From NCBI RefSeq assembly GCF_006345805.1, contig NC_043003.1, positions 108,624,001-108,688,000 of the forward strand: 64,000 bases of DNA, written 5' to 3'. Shown here piece after piece: positions 62,884 to 64,000 of the stretch. How positions within the stretch are numbered: the stretch's first letter is position 1; each line of letters opens with the position of its first letter. This DNA is from Octopus sinensis. Its lineage: Eukaryota. The notes below the pieces were generated by a model that saw only the letters and a program-made list of their open reading frames with translations, was not told where the DNA came from and searched no databases. The translations under genes and the position numbers were made by a program.

Positions 62884-64000
62884 TTTAAAGTGGAAAATAA
62901 ACAGCAGTACCACACAACTCATTCATATATTTGAGTTATATTCATATTACTTTCATGGACATGCAAAAAATTTTTTTTAAATAGCCAGCTCCTTGGACAT
63001 TCGGATGTGAACCAGTTATTTATACATATTTTGTGGGGACAGGCAGATGTACAATTACTATTGTACGTGTTACAATTTTATGCACAACACACACAGAGGT
63101 GTATCTCTACCACATCATCAATCAGTTGATGGAAGAGGGTTAACTACAAAGGATATACTGAGGAAAGCAGAATCTGATATTTACAGAAAAGGAATAGAAT
63201 AGAATGTTGTGTTAGTGGTGTCTGTTTCAAAGACAGTGAAGGGATACGGCCCTTCAAAATAAACCTAAAAATTTGCAGGACTACAACATAGTGCTACAGA
63301 TCTTACTTATATTCAACTGTTTTTGAGGCACAGCAAGATAAATTCTCAATGTGCCATTGCTAGAAGCCTATCTGAGCCTATTAGTCAATTGCAGGTTGGA
63401 CAGGGAGCTAATGTAGTCAGGTAATTAGCCCTAACCACTGGCACTTGGTGGGACTGGAATTCAGAACACAAGGAGACTGAATAGCTACTGCAAACTATCT
63501 CATTAAATGCTCCAACAGATCTGTCCATCTACAGTCCTGGATTAGCACTTTATCAACCAATGTTGAAATGAGCAAAAGTGAAGTTGACCCTGGTAGGATA
63601 TGAAGTAGATTTAGCTCTTTACTCTTCATATTACTCTGTCAAATATGCTTGTTTGTTTCTGTTGAATTAATCCTGCATTATCTCATAGCTTTGAGAGATT
63701 TCAATGATGCGGTTGTTTAGTTCTAGAACGACATTGTAGGATTGAGGTGAGAAGCTGGATCTGGCCAGTTTGAATGCTAAAGGGTTAATATGGATATATA
63801 ATTGTTTCAATTTTTGGCACAGGAGCAGCAGGCACATAAAAAGCACCATCCGAACGTGGCCGATGCCAGCGCTGCCTGGACTGGCTTCTGTGCCGGTGGC
63901 ATGTAAAAAGCACCAACTGATCGTGGCTGCTGCCAGCCTCCCCTGGCACCTGTGCCAGTGGCATGTAAAAAGCACCCACTACACTCATGGAGTGGTTGGT

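Overview
AT-rich, repeat-dense metazoan DNA. The SINE, piggyBac-MITE, RTE and Penelope families and the (TA)n/(CA)n load look like an octopus genome (inference from recognising the repeats). The only well-supported gene is a minus-strand p120/delta-catenin family armadillo-repeat gene. Eleven coding exons from 48298 down to 17715 splice in frame with GT-AG boundaries into about 580 aa covering ARM1 to the start of the C-terminal tail. A 36-nt exon at 12433-12468 is probable. The N-terminal exons and the terminal exon could not be identified. Introns hold tRNA-derived SINEs, TTAA-flanked MITEs, Helitrons, mariner/Tc1 relics and RTE, CR1-type and Penelope retroelement fragments. The most striking unexplained structure is a set of unrelated foldback elements, several carrying a minimal type I hammerhead ribozyme fold in or near the hairpin loop. 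The best-preserved folds all lie antisense to the host pre-mRNA. Hammerheads in Penelope-like elements are established, so any novelty is in the foldback architecture and strand bias, both untested. Also notable: a 244-bp perfect inverted duplication with one copy split by a Helitron, and a Leu in place of the cadherin-contacting Trp in ARM1. Almost all ORFs in the supplied track are microsatellite or repeat artefacts.
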